Below, one piece after another: positions 39,801 through 54,800 of a stretch of 64,000 bases of DNA; positions within the stretch are counted from its first letter, which is position 1; every line of letters starts with the position of its first letter. The stretch is from NCBI GenBank assembly GCA_905178155.1, contig CAJINV010000002.1, positions 3,238,515 through 3,302,514 of the forward strand. The letters run 5' to 3'. Source of the stretch: Amoebophrya sp. A120. Lineage: Eukaryota; Protista; Dinoflagellata. The notes beneath the pieces were generated by a model that was not told the origin of the DNA, searched no databases, and saw only the letters and a program-made list of their open reading frames with translations. Made by a program: the position numbers and the translations under genes.

Positions 39801-42800
39801 GCAAATGCAATTTCCATTATGCATGACAGATCTCGCTTTGTACGTGGGCTAGCATAGCAGATTCGAATTCCACCCTTCTTTCTGGAAAAATCTGTATTGC
39901 AACTTGTACGTAGTACGAGGAAATTTTTGCAATGCATAAAGACGTCGACTTGATCCACGGACTGTCGAGAGAGCGCCTCGAGCAGCTGAAGACGCGGATC
40001 GAGTTAGAGCAGATGAAAGAACGGCTGGAGACGGAATCGTGGCCGGGGAGCCTGACGTCTCCGACTCTGAAACTGGATGGTGCAGGAACGGCAACTACTT
40101 CCGGAACTACTCCAACCGCTGGCGCAACTGCGATGACGAATAAAGATCCGAGTGTAAACGTAGTTGCAACGCCCACAGCAGGAGTCACAGAAGGTCATAA
40201 AGGATCCACACCCGCATCACCGACAGGTCCTACAACTCCGAGCGCCAAGCCCACCCGTCGGGGGAAGAAGAAGAAGAAAAATCGCGAGGAGCAGGCGAAT
40301 CATGTGGCGGAGTCGGCTTTGATAGACGCGATGACGGGGTACATTGAATCCAACACGCAAATGATTCCGCCGAAAGGATTTAATTTACAGCAACCTGAAG
40401 AAGAATCACTTGTGCCCTCCTCGTCGGAGCAGCTGCAGCAGCGTCAATCGTCCAAGGACATGCCCCCGCCGGCGAAGCCCCCGGCGAACCGGTTGCAGAA
40501 AGAACTGAAAAAAGAGGCGATTGAAACAAGTGATCTTTCCCAGAACCCTTACGCGCCAACACCTGGGCAGCCAATCACTCTAGGTCCGAAGCCGGTGGCT
40601 AAAGACGGCGCGCAAAAGTTGTCCTCGCAGCAACAGGCGGCAGCAACAGCTCCTAAAGCCAAACCTGCTGCTGCTGCTGAGGCCGCGATAGGTAAAAAAA
40701 CAACTTCAGCGTCTACAACTTCCCCCACCTCCGCACCTAAACCCTCCACCGAACACTTGCAGTACGTGCGGAAGGTTTTGATTGATAGAAGGATTACGGA
40801 AGTGGAAAAATTGAATCGGTTGAAGCAGCAGCGGGTGGACTTGCTGACCAAAGTCACGCTCGGGATGATTCGCGTACAGAATTGCAAAATCGTGGCGGAC
40901 AGGGTGACGGTCAAAGAGTCGGCGGATCAGAAACAAGCCGACCTAGACGGGTTAGTGGATATTGAAATGGATGTGCATTTAGTAGAGGATGAGAAAGAGA
41001 ACCAGGACGAAAAGGGGCCTCAAGACGGTGTTCGTGCCGCCGCATTTTCACCTCCAGCACCAGAACCACGAGAGCAACACAGTACAACATCTAGTAAAGC
41101 CCCTCCTTCGACGGAGCTGATAGCAAAAGAACACCCGTGGATTTTGGACGCGGTTCGAGACTACGATCCGAACTTTGGCCGTGATAGCGAAGCCACGGGG
41201 GAGACGAAGATGCAGGTTGACACAGAACAATCACAAAAGCCCCCTCCGGAATTGTCAGCAGTACCCGCCAGTCCATCTTCCTCCAAACCGCCTGATCTCC
41301 TTACCCCCGAGGGGGCGAACGAGTTTTGCAAGACGGTGTTGGATTCTTCTGTGGAAGAGAGACAGGTGGACGTGATCGACGTCAACGACCTGCAGGACCG
41401 GGTGATCAAGAAGGCGTTTTGTTTGGACCAGATGAGCAATAACAGCCCGTCAGTCGTGGGCTCTTGCAGCGGTGCTGGTGGAAGTAGCAATTCCTCTTCG
41501 GTCGCTGGAAGCAGTCACTGCGCACGTGGAACTGGCAGCGTCGCTGGGTCGAGTAGGAAACAAAGTCTACAGGAAGCGCTCGCGGAGTACGATGAGTTAG
41601 AACAGCAGATCAAGGAATCGCCGGAACAAGTTGCGGAGAAAGCTTGCGAGGAAGTACAGCAGGAGCTGGGAGATTGTGGTGGTGATGATCGTCCTCAAGC
41701 AGGACAAGGACGAACAAATCAACCTCCGCAAGAACTACATCATACGAAAAATGCCACCGAGTGGCTGGAATCTGGTTGCTCAGAAAAAGAGCAGGAGATG
41801 ATGAAACAGAAGGAAGCTGATTCGGCGAATTTCCGCTCGATGTCGATTCTGATCGCGGAGACCAGTAACTTCATCGAGGAGCTGAAATGGCGAACTGAAT
41901 TTCTGCTCCGCTATGTCCAGAATGATCTCGAGCTGTTCGAGTTGAGAAACCAGTTGAACTACCACATCATGTCGGATCTGTACGAGATGCGGTTGAATTG
42001 GGACCGGATTCCGCAAACCTCGATCGGTTTCCACTTTCGGAAACAGGAAGAAGATTCGGCGTATTACTCCCGGATGCGGAATCTGGACTGGTTGAGTGGG
42101 AACATAAAAGCAGGGACGAGCACAACAAGTACAAAGGGCCGCCGCGGTGTGTTTGCGGAAAATGCAGCTTTCGCTGAAGAAGAAAGACATCAAAGAAATG
42201 CAGTCCATCCCCCAGGAACCACCACAGGAGGAGTGTCGGACGAAATCGCAGCGTTTCAGTTTTCCTCCTCTACAGCTACTGAGGTTGAAAGTAGTCCCCC
42301 GCCGGCTTTCGAAATGAGTGGTCACCAGCAAGAACACAAAGCCGGCGGCGCAGGTTCTCTGTCCGCCTCCGCCCCTCCCCCCACATCTCGCCCAACCTCG
42401 TTCCTCCGTAAAGCACTCGGCAGCGGCAGTCAGAAGCCGACAGTGTCTACCAAGTGGGGTGGGAAGCAGAATTGGCAGTACCAAGCCATGCAGGTGAGGC
42501 AGCAGACCTTCAAACAGGTGAAGCCGCACGCGTACAGAACTAGTTTAGCGCCACGGTTCTACGGGAACAATTCCTTCACGGAACAAGCGATTAGAAATGA
42601 GCAGGAGATACAAGGACTGGCGAATTATGCCACTGGTGCTGGAACCATGCAAGTTTCTGCTGGGCGGTTTTCTTCATCTCAAAATAACCAAAACAAAGCA
42701 GGACCAGTTTCTGCTGCGCATCTTCCGCAGGCACAGCATGTGCCAGATGGGTATGTTTCTCCGATTCTCGGGGAGTTTCGTGCCATACCGGACGATGCAG

Positions 42801-45800
42801 GAGCGGAGGAAGGTGTTTCTGACAAGGCTTTCTACGCCAACGCGCCTGCCGCGGACCTGCATGCGCCACAAGAATCAGAGACGGATGCTGTCATGCAAGA
42901 TGCGCAACAAGAACATACAGATCAGACCTTCATCGAAGAACCGCATGAGAAACAATTTCAACAGGCCCCGTCTCGCAAATCCGTCAACGACGAAAACCGT
43001 GACGTCGACACCAAATACTGGTTTTTCGAGCAGGAGTATGCAAGAAAAAAACTGTGTAACTGTAAATCTGTGATGCAGAACACGCAACAGAGTTACACCT
43101 GTCATGCCAGACAGCCGTGCAGTCCTCTTTTCATGTGTGTGTTTTTCTTACAAACCACGCATGACAGGTTTTCTCTGTCATGTAGAGCAAATTTGTGATG
43201 CTGTCAGCCAAAGGTAGTTACACTAACACAGTTTTTTTCTTGGATAAAGAACGCCCGGAGTACGTCCGACAGAACCATTTACAAGCAACCGCCGAAGACG
43301 TCGCGCTGTGGCAGGGACTGACGGAGATCATTCCAAACGACATATTTTTCGCCTCAGATTGGACCACGATATTCGCGCTCTTCCTCTCTGATGTCCACCC
43401 GGATGACGCGCTTGAGTACGAAGAGGGGAAGACGAATGCGGATGTCGCCATGGTGACGCATGAGTTGAACAAAATGCGGAGATTAGAAACTCTTTTACCG
43501 GAATTCGAGCACTGGCCGTCGGATTTGCGGAAGAAATTTTTGAAGAACAAAATGCTGGTCGACGTTGGTGACGAGGAGGATGATGATGTGATGACACTGG
43601 AGACGACAGCCAGTGACTTCTGCCACACAAGGACAAGTGAAGTTGCTGTTACTGCCCCTGCTGGTGAAGAGAAGGAAAAGGTCCTGTCTAACATCAGAAA
43701 AGACGTCGAAGACGCGAACAAGGGGAAATCATTCGGGAAAGTCATGAAAGAATTGTGGATATCCACAGAAAAAAACCCATGTCGCACATCCAATTTGTCA
43801 TGCAAAACACGTATTAAGAAGTACTGTGTTTGTCATGCAAAAAATGGATGTGGGTGGGTTTTCTTCTGTGGATAGTGGAAAAAGGAAGGCGAAAAACTCT
43901 GCGAGCAGGTTTTCGAAAAGAATGGGAAGACGAAGCCGAAGGAGCTGAAGTCAGTTGCGCACTACGCATTGCAGAAGCATCTCCGCCGGGCCCGGGGGCT
44001 TGTTTGAGTTGCATTGCATTTGCAAATTTCTTCAGATTATTAAAAAAGAGAATTTCTCATGCTGTTTTAGCTTCTGGATGTGATCTGTCATGCATGTTGG
44101 CTATGCAATTCCTACACTTGCGATGCTTTTGCATAGGATACGCAGGCGGCAATGGAGGACTTCATCGATCTGTGGGATTGCACGGAACAGGTTTGTGGTT
44201 TTGAGAAGAACAAAAGAAGCGATGGTAAGCTTCGGTGGAAGAAACAATCTGGAAGTTCATCAGGCACAGCAGCTGTTGCAGGAGCTTCTTCTTCTCAGGA
44301 CGACACTGGAAATAGACCCACTACAGATCTTCATTACAACTCTGAAAAGAACCTGGAACCCAAACCCCGCGCGTTCCTGGAACCGGATAGAGATACCGAC
44401 TTTAGCGACAGCGAATTACAGGAAAAACTAAGAATAGCCAGTGAGTTCGCGCGGGAAAACACGCTGGAGATTGACAAAGCGTTACTTCTAAAAGCCATGT
44501 CGAAAACCGAGGGCCCGAACATTTTCGAACTGGCGGACAATTTCGCGAAAAACCCTGACAAAGCGAGACCAGTAGAAAAACAAGTCAATGTCCACGGGAG
44601 GTTGCAATCCAGAAAGAGGGAATTCGGTTCCTTCCTCCTCACGGAACTGTTACTCGCAGGGATTGTCGGAGCCAAGCAAGCGAATTCCAAACCCAGCGCT
44701 GCGACCAACGGAGGTGGTGCAGGTGCACCACTGAAGCAGGCTAAAACGAGTGAATCGCAGAAACCACCCCTGCAAAGGCAATCCCCGTCTTTGCAACAGC
44801 AGTTGGAAATGGAACTAGTTCGACGGACGTCTGTCGAAACGCAAGCGCAGGCGGCCTGGATCACGGCGAGGTCAAAGCCGACGACGGGGGCAATGGCGAG
44901 CAAGATTCAGATGGAAACTTTATGGAAGTTCTTCTTCCAGGAGGATGGAGATCATGGGAGAAGTCAGAATTCTGAGACGATTGAAGCAAATGACGAATTG
45001 TTGGAAGCGTTGCGGGGCAGGATGTTCCAGACAGATGAAACAGCTGGCAAGACGAATACAGAGTCGCACTACGAAAAGGAACTAGATTTCGATGTCAACG
45101 TGTTCCTCCGTTCCTGCCCTCTCCTGTTCTACGGTGCGGCTAGTACGGTAAAAATTGCGAAAAGTTCCATCACTTCCGAGCGCACGACCAAGAATAGCTC
45201 CCCTGCGAACCGCGGGTCGTGTGGGTCTGCTGGAAATTTTTCCTCGCGGCCGCCATCCCGTGGGGGTATTTTGCTGTTCGCAACCGTGGCGAGAGTTATG
45301 ACCCTGTACATGGGCGGGCTGGTACCAAGGACATCAGCGACCGATAGTACGTCGACGAAACCCCCATCAACCGCCCCGCTTTATCAGAAATCTTCGACCA
45401 CAGAAACTTTCGCTCCTTCCCCCTTCGGATACTTCCGGAAATCCCTGTCAGCTTCAACGCAACTGGAGAAATTGATCGGCCCATATGACCCGCTAAAATG
45501 GTACAATCTCAAACGTTACAATAGAATCTGGATTGTGTATTGCATGATAATCATGACAGACCCGCACAGCGTTCCACTTTCTGCAATACAAATTTCGCCA
45601 GATTTTAGTGCGGTTTGGGACTCCGGAACTTGTCATGCGCAATCCTATGAGAGTTGGCTAGGTCATGCACTTCTTGCATCACAGATTTCCAGATTGTATT
45701 GTATCGCTTGAGATTGTAACACCCGAGAAGGTTTTATAGCCCAGACGCGGGTCTGTCCGAAATGATCCGGTCGGCGCAGCGAATGGTGAACGGGACTGCG

Positions 45801-48800
45801 GGTTATGCAATACAAATTTCCCGTACATGTACAAGATGCATGACAAAGCTCACCAATTTGGAGCGTAAAACTTGTCATGCTAAACTAGGATCGAAGCCAA
45901 GTTTTGTATTGCAGAGACCGCATTTGTGCGTGTCCGGGAAATTTACTGTGAATACGGGTCCGGATAACATCAAAGGACCACTGCCAGCTTCTCATTCTTC
46001 TAGCGGGATGACCCAGCTCTCCAACCCTTTCGTCAATGAGAAATTGACAAAGCAGTTTGCGATTATGACAAAGGAGCTGAAGATCAACGAAGTTCTATTC
46101 CAAGTAAAAACATCCCCACCCCAGAGTTGTCTTGCAAATTTGCATGCCAAAAAAGGTTCTCATGCGAAGCCCCATGAGAAGCTTTTTCTATTCGTGTTTT
46201 GGGATTTATTGTGATGCTAGAAATTGCATCATATGCTAGATCTGTGATGCTGCTGAACTACCACCTAAACAGGATTACACTTGGAGGACAAATTTGTCAT
46301 GCCAGACGACAAAAGCTGGCTGATTTGTCTAGCAGATTTCCCATCTTGTTCACTCTGGTGTGGGGACGTTTTTACAAATGATACGTTCTCGACGAGAAGC
46401 AGAAGATCAGGAACGGGAGAGTGGCGGCTTTAGATTTGAACGTGATGGACGAAATCGTGGAGCCGCTCATAATACCCTGTGGAAAAGTAACGTACTCGTA
46501 CTATTAATCGCATGGATGCATTACAAATTTCTTTCTCAACTTGAATCCGCATCACAAATTCCGTTTCTCATGCTGAGGACGAGATTTGTCATGCGATTCA
46601 TACTAGTACGATGCTTTTGCATTTCATACATAAAGGAAGTATCAGAACGACGCCAAGCCATGGGTCTGTTCCCCGGGATCTCCAGGTCCCCGTCGCCTCT
46701 GCAAGAGATGCCGCACGTTCTAGGGTTTATGAAGGAGAATCAAAGAGCAAAACAGATGGCAAGAGAAGCGATGTTGGCGAAGGCAGCAAGCGCTGCTAGT
46801 AGTACAACTGTGGGAGCAGCTCCGACAGGTGCAGCTACTGTGGCTGTCGGTGTCGGCCTTCCTCCAGCGAATATGAGAGGACCGAAGCTCACAAAGTTGT
46901 TTGAACCGCCGCCGAGAGCAGCAGAGCCGGCCAAGAAGAAGGTCACGTCTACAGGAGCTTCTTCTAGCGCTAAGAACAAAGCCAAAGCGTTGCTATGGAA
47001 AAATGCTACAAAAGACCAGGTTGCAGCTATGGACGTTGACGATGACGAAGTTCCCGCTTCTTTCAAAGTTCTCCGAGGCGAGAACCCTCCTTATCGGAAC
47101 GAATTTACCGTGAAGCTTCCGAACAATCAGGAACAACATGTCGAAGTGATCGGGAATAAGGAAATTCCGAAAGATCTAGACGCGCAGATCAAGCAGCAAG
47201 TGCAGCAGGTGTTTCAGGTGCAAGCGGCAGCGGAGGCTAAGCTGAAACTGCAAGAAGGACAGCAAAATAAAAAGCAAGAAACAGATCTCTTTTTCCCTTC
47301 CGTACTTCCCCTCCACGCACCCTCACCGAAGAGACCAGGGCAGCTGGAGGTGCCGGAAGAGATTATTTCCGTGAAAGAGGCAGAGCTTATCGCCAGAGCG
47401 GTGGAAAGTGTGAACCCTGTGGAGGCGCAGAAATACAACTCTCGCGGCGGAGGAGCTTCTGCACTAGGTAGCTCTACTTTATCCTCTCGCCACCACGCGC
47501 CGAAATTCGTCGTCGCTTCAGAAAGCCGGAGGGGGAGTAAGGACTCCAACCTTGCTATCAGAATGAAAAATCCCCCCTCCCCATATCAAAACGAAGTTTC
47601 TGATGCTGGATTTGCGCACACAAGTCAGATTTATCTTGCTGGCGAGGACTGCAGGCCCATATCAAGCCTGAGAAGACAGGTTTTGGCCTAGGCGCTCAGC
47701 ATGACAGACGTCTATGCTGTAGGAGCATGAGCATGACAAACCGCCTGTAGAATGCGGCGGAGCATGTGGAGTTGCTTTCATGCAACACAGAGACGATTTG
47801 TGGTCACAAATCAGCAACGCAAATTTTCGAAAACGTACCTTGTCAATATGGGGAGGGGGGATTTTTACTTTTGATACTTGCTGGGGCCACTTCTTCGCCG
47901 GAGCAACAGACGCTGGTTGCGAGAACAGATATAGAACTGCTGGATATCATCGCGCAGTATCAGCAGAGCCAGACCCGTATGCACTGCAAATATATCTGGG
48001 TCTCCTGGAAGAGTGCAACTTGTCATGCCGCATTTGGATTCTAGACAAATCTGTGTTGCATGAGCAGCAAAAGGAGTCCATTTTTTGCTACGCGGACACG
48101 GCATTTGTTATGCGGAATGGGCATCGTGATGCCTTCAGAAAATCTGTGATGCTAAAAATACATCACAGATGTCATGGCTCATGCAAAACGTGCATGACAA
48201 AGCTCCACTCTTCCAGACCCAGACATATTTGCAATGCATAGTTCGCTCGAGCAGCAAGGACAGCACCTGTGATTTAGCGGGAGATATCGTTTCTGATTCT
48301 GATTCTACTGTATCAAATGCAAATATGTCTGGGTCTGGAAGATTGCGAGACTTGTCATGCTAGGCTGGCATGACTCTGAATTCTGTATTGCGTGGCCGCA
48401 AAGACTTCCTCTTGCCTGTCATGCAAAAACGCAGTTTCTCATGTGGGGTACGCAACTCAGAACCATCGAAAAACTTGTCATGCTTGGCAGCGCATTAGAG
48501 TTCTCTCCGTATTCCCTTCCTTGCATCACAATTTCCCAGACCCAGACAGATTTGCAATCCATACACTGCGGTTGCTGCGCCGTTGACGTTATTGAAGAGG
48601 GTCGGAGGATCAGCGTCGTCGTCTTCTGGAAGTGTTACTGTGAAAGACCTAGCAGTTGCGAAGATGGAGGAGCAACGAGCAGCTGCAGCGGAAGGACAGA
48701 ACACTTGCACAACTCCGTCTTCTGTAGTGCCTCTACCTGCAACACAGAACAACGCAGCAAAGCCAACCACTGCCACTGCACCAAAATTCCCTTCTTCACC

Positions 48801-51800
48801 ATTCCCCAAAAATCCCGCGGCCATGGCCGCCGCCGCAGAAGCATCATTCCCTCCTCCCAGGCCAGCACCGCCCCGCGGCGGCAGCTTTGAACGGACAATC
48901 GAGATTCTGCCGAGGTTGACCTACGGCATCGACGGTGCGTTTGGGGTCAGGGCGAAGCAGGAAGAAGAGTTCAACGATGCCAGGATGGTGTTTTACGATG
49001 CGATGTTCGATTTGGGGAACCAAGGAACCATCAAGCCGTCGCACTTGCCCTTCTCTCCGATAGTGGAAATTCGGCAAAAAAGGATTCCGAGATATGAAAG
49101 ACTTTCGTATAGCAGGCATGCGCATCCGCATGTTGATGCTGAAGACGCCGGCCCGTGGGAGGTAGATGCGGATGCGCTCCCGGAAGGTGCGAGTATGGCA
49201 GAACAAGATGGAGAAGGCGACATGGCGGTAGGAGAGGCACTGACGGAAGATGAGGACATGCAAGAGCAAGAGGAAGATCTTCGGCCTACCCTCCGCGGAC
49301 ACTACGTTGCAGCAGCAGGAGAGGCCCAAGAACAGCGCCATGACCTCGAACAACCTCTACGTCCTCTTCCACGACACAGATATGCGAAAAATCTCCACGG
49401 CGCAGAAGTAGCCACGCAGCAAGATCCCCTCATCGTCGTGCCACCGCAGCCCTTCCCCGCACCCGATGGCACGACAAACAGCCAAGCGTTCCCCGTTGCG
49501 GGCGTCAGGAGATTTCTCACGCGGACGATTGAGAAAAAGCGGGAACAGTTATTGAATCTAGTGAAGAACGCGGTCACGTTGGTTCCGAATGTTTCCGTTA
49601 ATCCTCTGAACATCCGCGAGCAAGCAGCTTCGTACGTCGTCGATCTTTTCCGGTTCCGCGGGGATTTAGACCGGGCGGTTTTGTTAAAAGCCAGTTTGAT
49701 GTCGTTGTTGGATGAAGAAGGACGGAACCTTCATGCTGTAATGCAACAGTTGGCCAGGAAAGTTCTCGCGATAAGCGCAGGCACAAAACAAGTCCAGGCT
49801 TCAACAGCTTCTCCGATCGATTCCTCCGAGTCCCTTCTGTCCACGCAAAGTCAAAAAGACCAGTTGGAAGCCCATGTGAGAGATTTGGTGCATCGCTTGT
49901 TCTTCGCGGAGGACTTAGTATCCCAACCGGGCCAAACGCAGCCACGGCCACCAGCGACCGAGCAGGCGGTTAGCGAAACCTCGATTTTGGAACAGCACAT
50001 CCGTCAGCAGTATTCGGAAGTGGTGAAACTGTACAGCATGCGGAGGCACCGGAGTCGGCAGAGGGTGAAACAGAAGATGGAATTTGAAATGCGGGTACAG
50101 GAAGGAGAGGAACGTCAAACTGGAGCAGACATAACTGCAAAATCTCCTACAGTCTCTCGGCGTGGTGGTGCAGCCACTTCGTCGCGACAGCAGGGTTCAA
50201 TATTTTCGGGCAGTGAAGATGCCTCCCCTGGCGGTACTAGTTCTTCCTCCAGAACCGGATCATCTTGCGCTGGCGGCAGTTCTAGTCCACAACTTTGCAG
50301 CAGCGATAAAGACACCCCATGCTCCTCAGATTTCAAATCTTGTTCGCGGCAAACCAGCGTGCAAAGTAGCTTCACAGGAGCGGGCAGCCCTGCGCTCGGG
50401 CCGAAAAATGCGCCCACGATCGTGTTGCCAGAAGAGGAACAAGCTGAGGAACAAGCCGGTGCGCTTTCTGTTGCAGCAGATACAGGTACAGTAGCATCGC
50501 CAGGACGAGCTTCTGCAGCACCGAGCCGACAACGCTATTTCAATCCCTTCACCGACCAAGAGGTTGGGAAGCCGAAAACCTTGTCCCACGAGCCAACAAG
50601 GGCTTACCCGAGAAAAGTTGTACTTGCCTACGACCCGGATCCAGATGACGTGAGAGAGTTACAAGTGTTTGCGGATAAATACAGACTGCAGTACGAACAG
50701 CAGGCGGAGATTTACGGTGGCGGAGATTATGGGCGGCCCACCGTCACAGCTGAGGAATCAGGCGACGCTGCACCAGCAGGTTCTTCAGACCAGGAGGAGG
50801 CCAAACCCGGCAGCCGGCGCAAGATGAAGAAGCTAGAGCTGTTAGCTTCGAAGTACCACCTGATGCGCGTTTTCGAACTTTCATCCGCTGCACCAGCAGA
50901 AAATAAAGTAGAGTGCTTCACCTGGCAGGCTTGGAAACTGGATGAAGTGGATCATAGTTGGAAGAAAAGTCAAAGTAAATCTTTGATGCAGGATGAAGAT
51001 GCAACATCTTCCGACTCCCCCACTTCCTCGCAGGTGGACAATAATGATCATGCAGAAAAGGTCTACCCAACGCCAAACAGCTCGAAGCCGTCTTCTTTCA
51101 GCATTGCATCTTCCTTTGCCGCTTCTGACGAACGTCATTATCGCGCGACGCACTTGACGGCAAACCAGTTAGAGCAGCTGCACGAGATTCAGTCAAGGAG
51201 GAATAAAACAGAAGATGATATTGCGAGCGATCATGTGGGCGCCGGTTTTTCCTTGCCGGAAGCCGCTATGGATGTGGATGTTGCGACAGAAATTATGCCA
51301 GCTGTTCCCTCTCCGACCGAGTTGGACAACGGTTCTGAGAGGTCTCGTGTAAGAACCGCCACGCCAGATTGGGACAAAATGCAGGTTGAAGTAGATGAGG
51401 AAGTAGCACAATTAGAAAGAAGAGCCCACTCGAAAGAAACCGTCGGCGTTGCGAGTAGCGTCTCTTCCACGACGATGGCCTTCATCAAGGGGATGGATCA
51501 AGGCATGAACGCTGAGATGCAATCTGTGGTTTCTGACTCCGCGGTGTCTTCACCGAAACACTTGAGTAGTAGCGCAGCGGGCTCTTCTGTGGCGAACAGC
51601 AAGCCGCAATCACCGCAGCATAGCTGTTTACGAAACTACAATGTCGAGGAAGCAGGAACTGCGGAGAGTAACAAACGCAAAAACGGACCTTCTCTCGTTG
51701 CAGAACCCGCCGACGAACTTTCCAACCTGGAACGGGAGTTCATCACGCTCGCCCGATTACTCGACCAAGCGACCATGCACTTGCTCCATGTGGAATTGCT

Positions 51801-54800
51801 GGAGCGAAAATTGATTGAAGTTTCGTATCTCGTGAATTACAACGAATTGGAGGGAATCCGGCAGAACAATCATCTCCATTCCTTCTGGCTCTACCCCACG
51901 ATTTGGGTCCAAAACCACTTCAACATCGTTCTAGACCAACTGGAACTCTACCAATCCGTGCAGAAAACGTCGGAACTTTTCTTCGAAGGTATCCTCAGTG
52001 AATTTCCCGTACCCGACTAAAAAATGCGGCTTCAGCATGACAAAACTTGCCTCCGATCCTAGTTAGAGCATTGCAAGTGTTCTTACACTGCAAGTTGGCA
52101 AAATTTGTGATGCCTTTTGTACGTCGTGCCCGGGAAATTTGTATTGCATAGAGGGGAGCGATAGCCTACTAGCAAACCGGATCCCCAAGTCGGAAGTTAT
52201 GGCGCACAACGAGAACCACTTGCTCGCTTTGGAGATTTTTCAGTTCATGATGGGGGCAGATAAAGGGAGTTCTATGCGGGGGGAACACATGATGCACCAG
52301 CAGGAGCAGGAGGAACCCCATGATAATAGAGAAGCTTCTTCAACATCAACAGCGATCACTTCTGTTGGCGAGGTTCACTCCATGTTCCATTTACTCACAA
52401 AAGACCACAGCGCGACACTAGGGAACAAACAGTTGAAAATCACGCACAAATCTTGGTCGAGCTTTGGCACGATGGAGAAGATCTACGGTGGGTTCGTCGA
52501 GTGGATGGCGGCGCAGCATCAACAGCAGAAAGTTGTACTAGCGGACCCAAATCTGCACTCTCAATCGTCAGCAACGAAGGATTTTACCGTTTTCCATCTG
52601 TTTTATCAAGGGATTTCTGAGGGGTGGAGGAGGCGTTTCATGCTCCCGGAAGAAACGGCGAGAGGCATTTGCGGGAAAAAAACGGTAAAAATTGCAGGCG
52701 GCGGAGGATCAGGATCTTCCGTAATATCAGCGACGTCCATTGCATCAGCGACCACTTGCGGCTCCCGTGCGATGACAACCGCATTGATGAATGGGATTTC
52801 GAAAATCGGCAGCACCAAAAGCAGCGCGGCCACGGCGGTGTCGATGTTGGAAGGGAAGACGAAAGGAACATCTTCAAACAAGCCCCCAGGAACTACAAGC
52901 GATAGTAACATCAACTTGAGCACAAATAATCTTGTTCCCCCCCACGAGCTCCATTTCTCCAAAGTGACGAACTTCATCGTGACCGAAATCCAGAAATTCG
53001 TTGAGCCGAAACATGCGGACATTGAGCGGAGATCGAAACTAGAACTCCTGCATTTCCGGAAGCATTTTGATTTCCAACATTTTCTCGCCTACGTCACCGG
53101 GCCGGAGTTTTTGATTGCGAGTTTAGGTCATGAGTTCAAATCGCATATGCCAGCGGAGTATGTTGTAGATGAGGAAGGGGCGTCTGGTCTTCCGGTCGCT
53201 TCTCGGACCTTGGATTTGAACAATTCTGACACTTCTACTTCCACTGGTTTACAGTACGACGTGATCACCGAGGCGATTAAAGCGACATCAGATAAAGACA
53301 TGGACAAAATCGCGGAAGCGCTGGCGTTGGAGTTAGAAAGAGAGCAGGACCGGATAGAAAAGTTGAGCCTGCTGGAAAGAAATCTAGAGCAGATCAAAGG
53401 AGAGATGGACGAGAAGGCAGTAGGAGACGAGGAGGACTCAACAGATGAACTTGGTGCCGGGAATAGCAGATCTTCTCCGACGGAAGTTGCTGACAAAGCA
53501 AGACAAAAGTTTTTAAATCCACCGGCCGCGCTCGATCTCCAAACCGCTTTGACCCAAGCACCCGCGGAGAGTTTGTCTGAGAAAACACAGCAGACGAAGG
53601 CGGGCATTATTCAGAGTTTGCTCCAGCGGAAATACGCGGTTGCGCCACGACCTGGTGTAACACCTGCTGCAGGTGGAGGTCTGGTTTTGCCTCCCATTCC
53701 GAAGTTGTTTGATGAAAGAGCTAGTTCGACGTCCACAGGTTCTGCGTCTATAGCTCGACCTCTGCCCGCGTTGCCGCCGGCTGCTGGAGCTCCTGCGGAG
53801 AATGGTGCTCCTAACGCAGGAGAAGGAGAAGGCCCTTCCGCTGCTGGCAATGTCACCGTCGCCGCACCAGGGCCACGGCTACTGAAGCCGCCCAGTCCGG
53901 AGCTTTTGGCAGAATGGAAAAAGAGGAGAGAAACTGCGGTTGCGTCGAAATTGCCTCCGCCACCGGTAGGATCTTCGAAGAATGGGGGAGGTGATCTTGC
54001 GCCGGAAATCCCCCCTTTGCCGGTCTCGCTACCTGGAGGAGGTGATGAAGAAGATTCTACTTCAAGAACTAGCGTTCTTGCGTTGCCGACAAGCAACACG
54101 ACGCGCTCCTCGAGTGGTGCAACTACTGCTGCAGAGATGGCAGCCTTCGCTTTTGAATGGGAAAAGAAGGCGGCACTGGAGTTCCAACAGGGGCAACGGG
54201 ACGAGAGTGAAGTTGGAGAGGAAGCTGCTGCAGCTTCATCGACGATGAACGTGAACAGCAGTCTTTCAACACCGGACGGGATTTTTCCGCCAGTGAACAG
54301 CAGTCTATTCAACAAAAAAGCATTAGCGTTAGCGTTTTGGCATTTGCTGGCGAAAGCCAAATTTTTTTTCATTCTAGCTAGTGACGTAGCTGTGTTCCGT
54401 TCAGACAGAACCGCGCTAACTGGAAGCAGTGGAAGCAGTCTCTTCGGCCGAGAAGCGGATCGGAGATGATACCGCCAAAGATGTGGGCGACGGCTAGGCC
54501 GTGCACATGTCTGGGGCTTCAGGGACTTCCGGCTACGCGACCTCCTGGCCATGCGGGGGGCTGGCAAGCCGTCGCTCTTGGAGTGCCTGAAGACCCGTTT
54601 TTGGCTTGCGGCCTTTGAGCCCGAGCAAGATGATCAAGCTTCCCAAAGTCTGGCATTAGCGTTTCTGTCCTCGGAGGTCATTTTGACCCCCTGAGCAGAG
54701 GCGAAATTGCATGGTCGCAAAAGAAAACGCTAATAAACTCATGATAGCGTCGGAGGAGCGTCTCTCTTCTCAGGTTCACAAAAAACGCTAATAAACTCAT

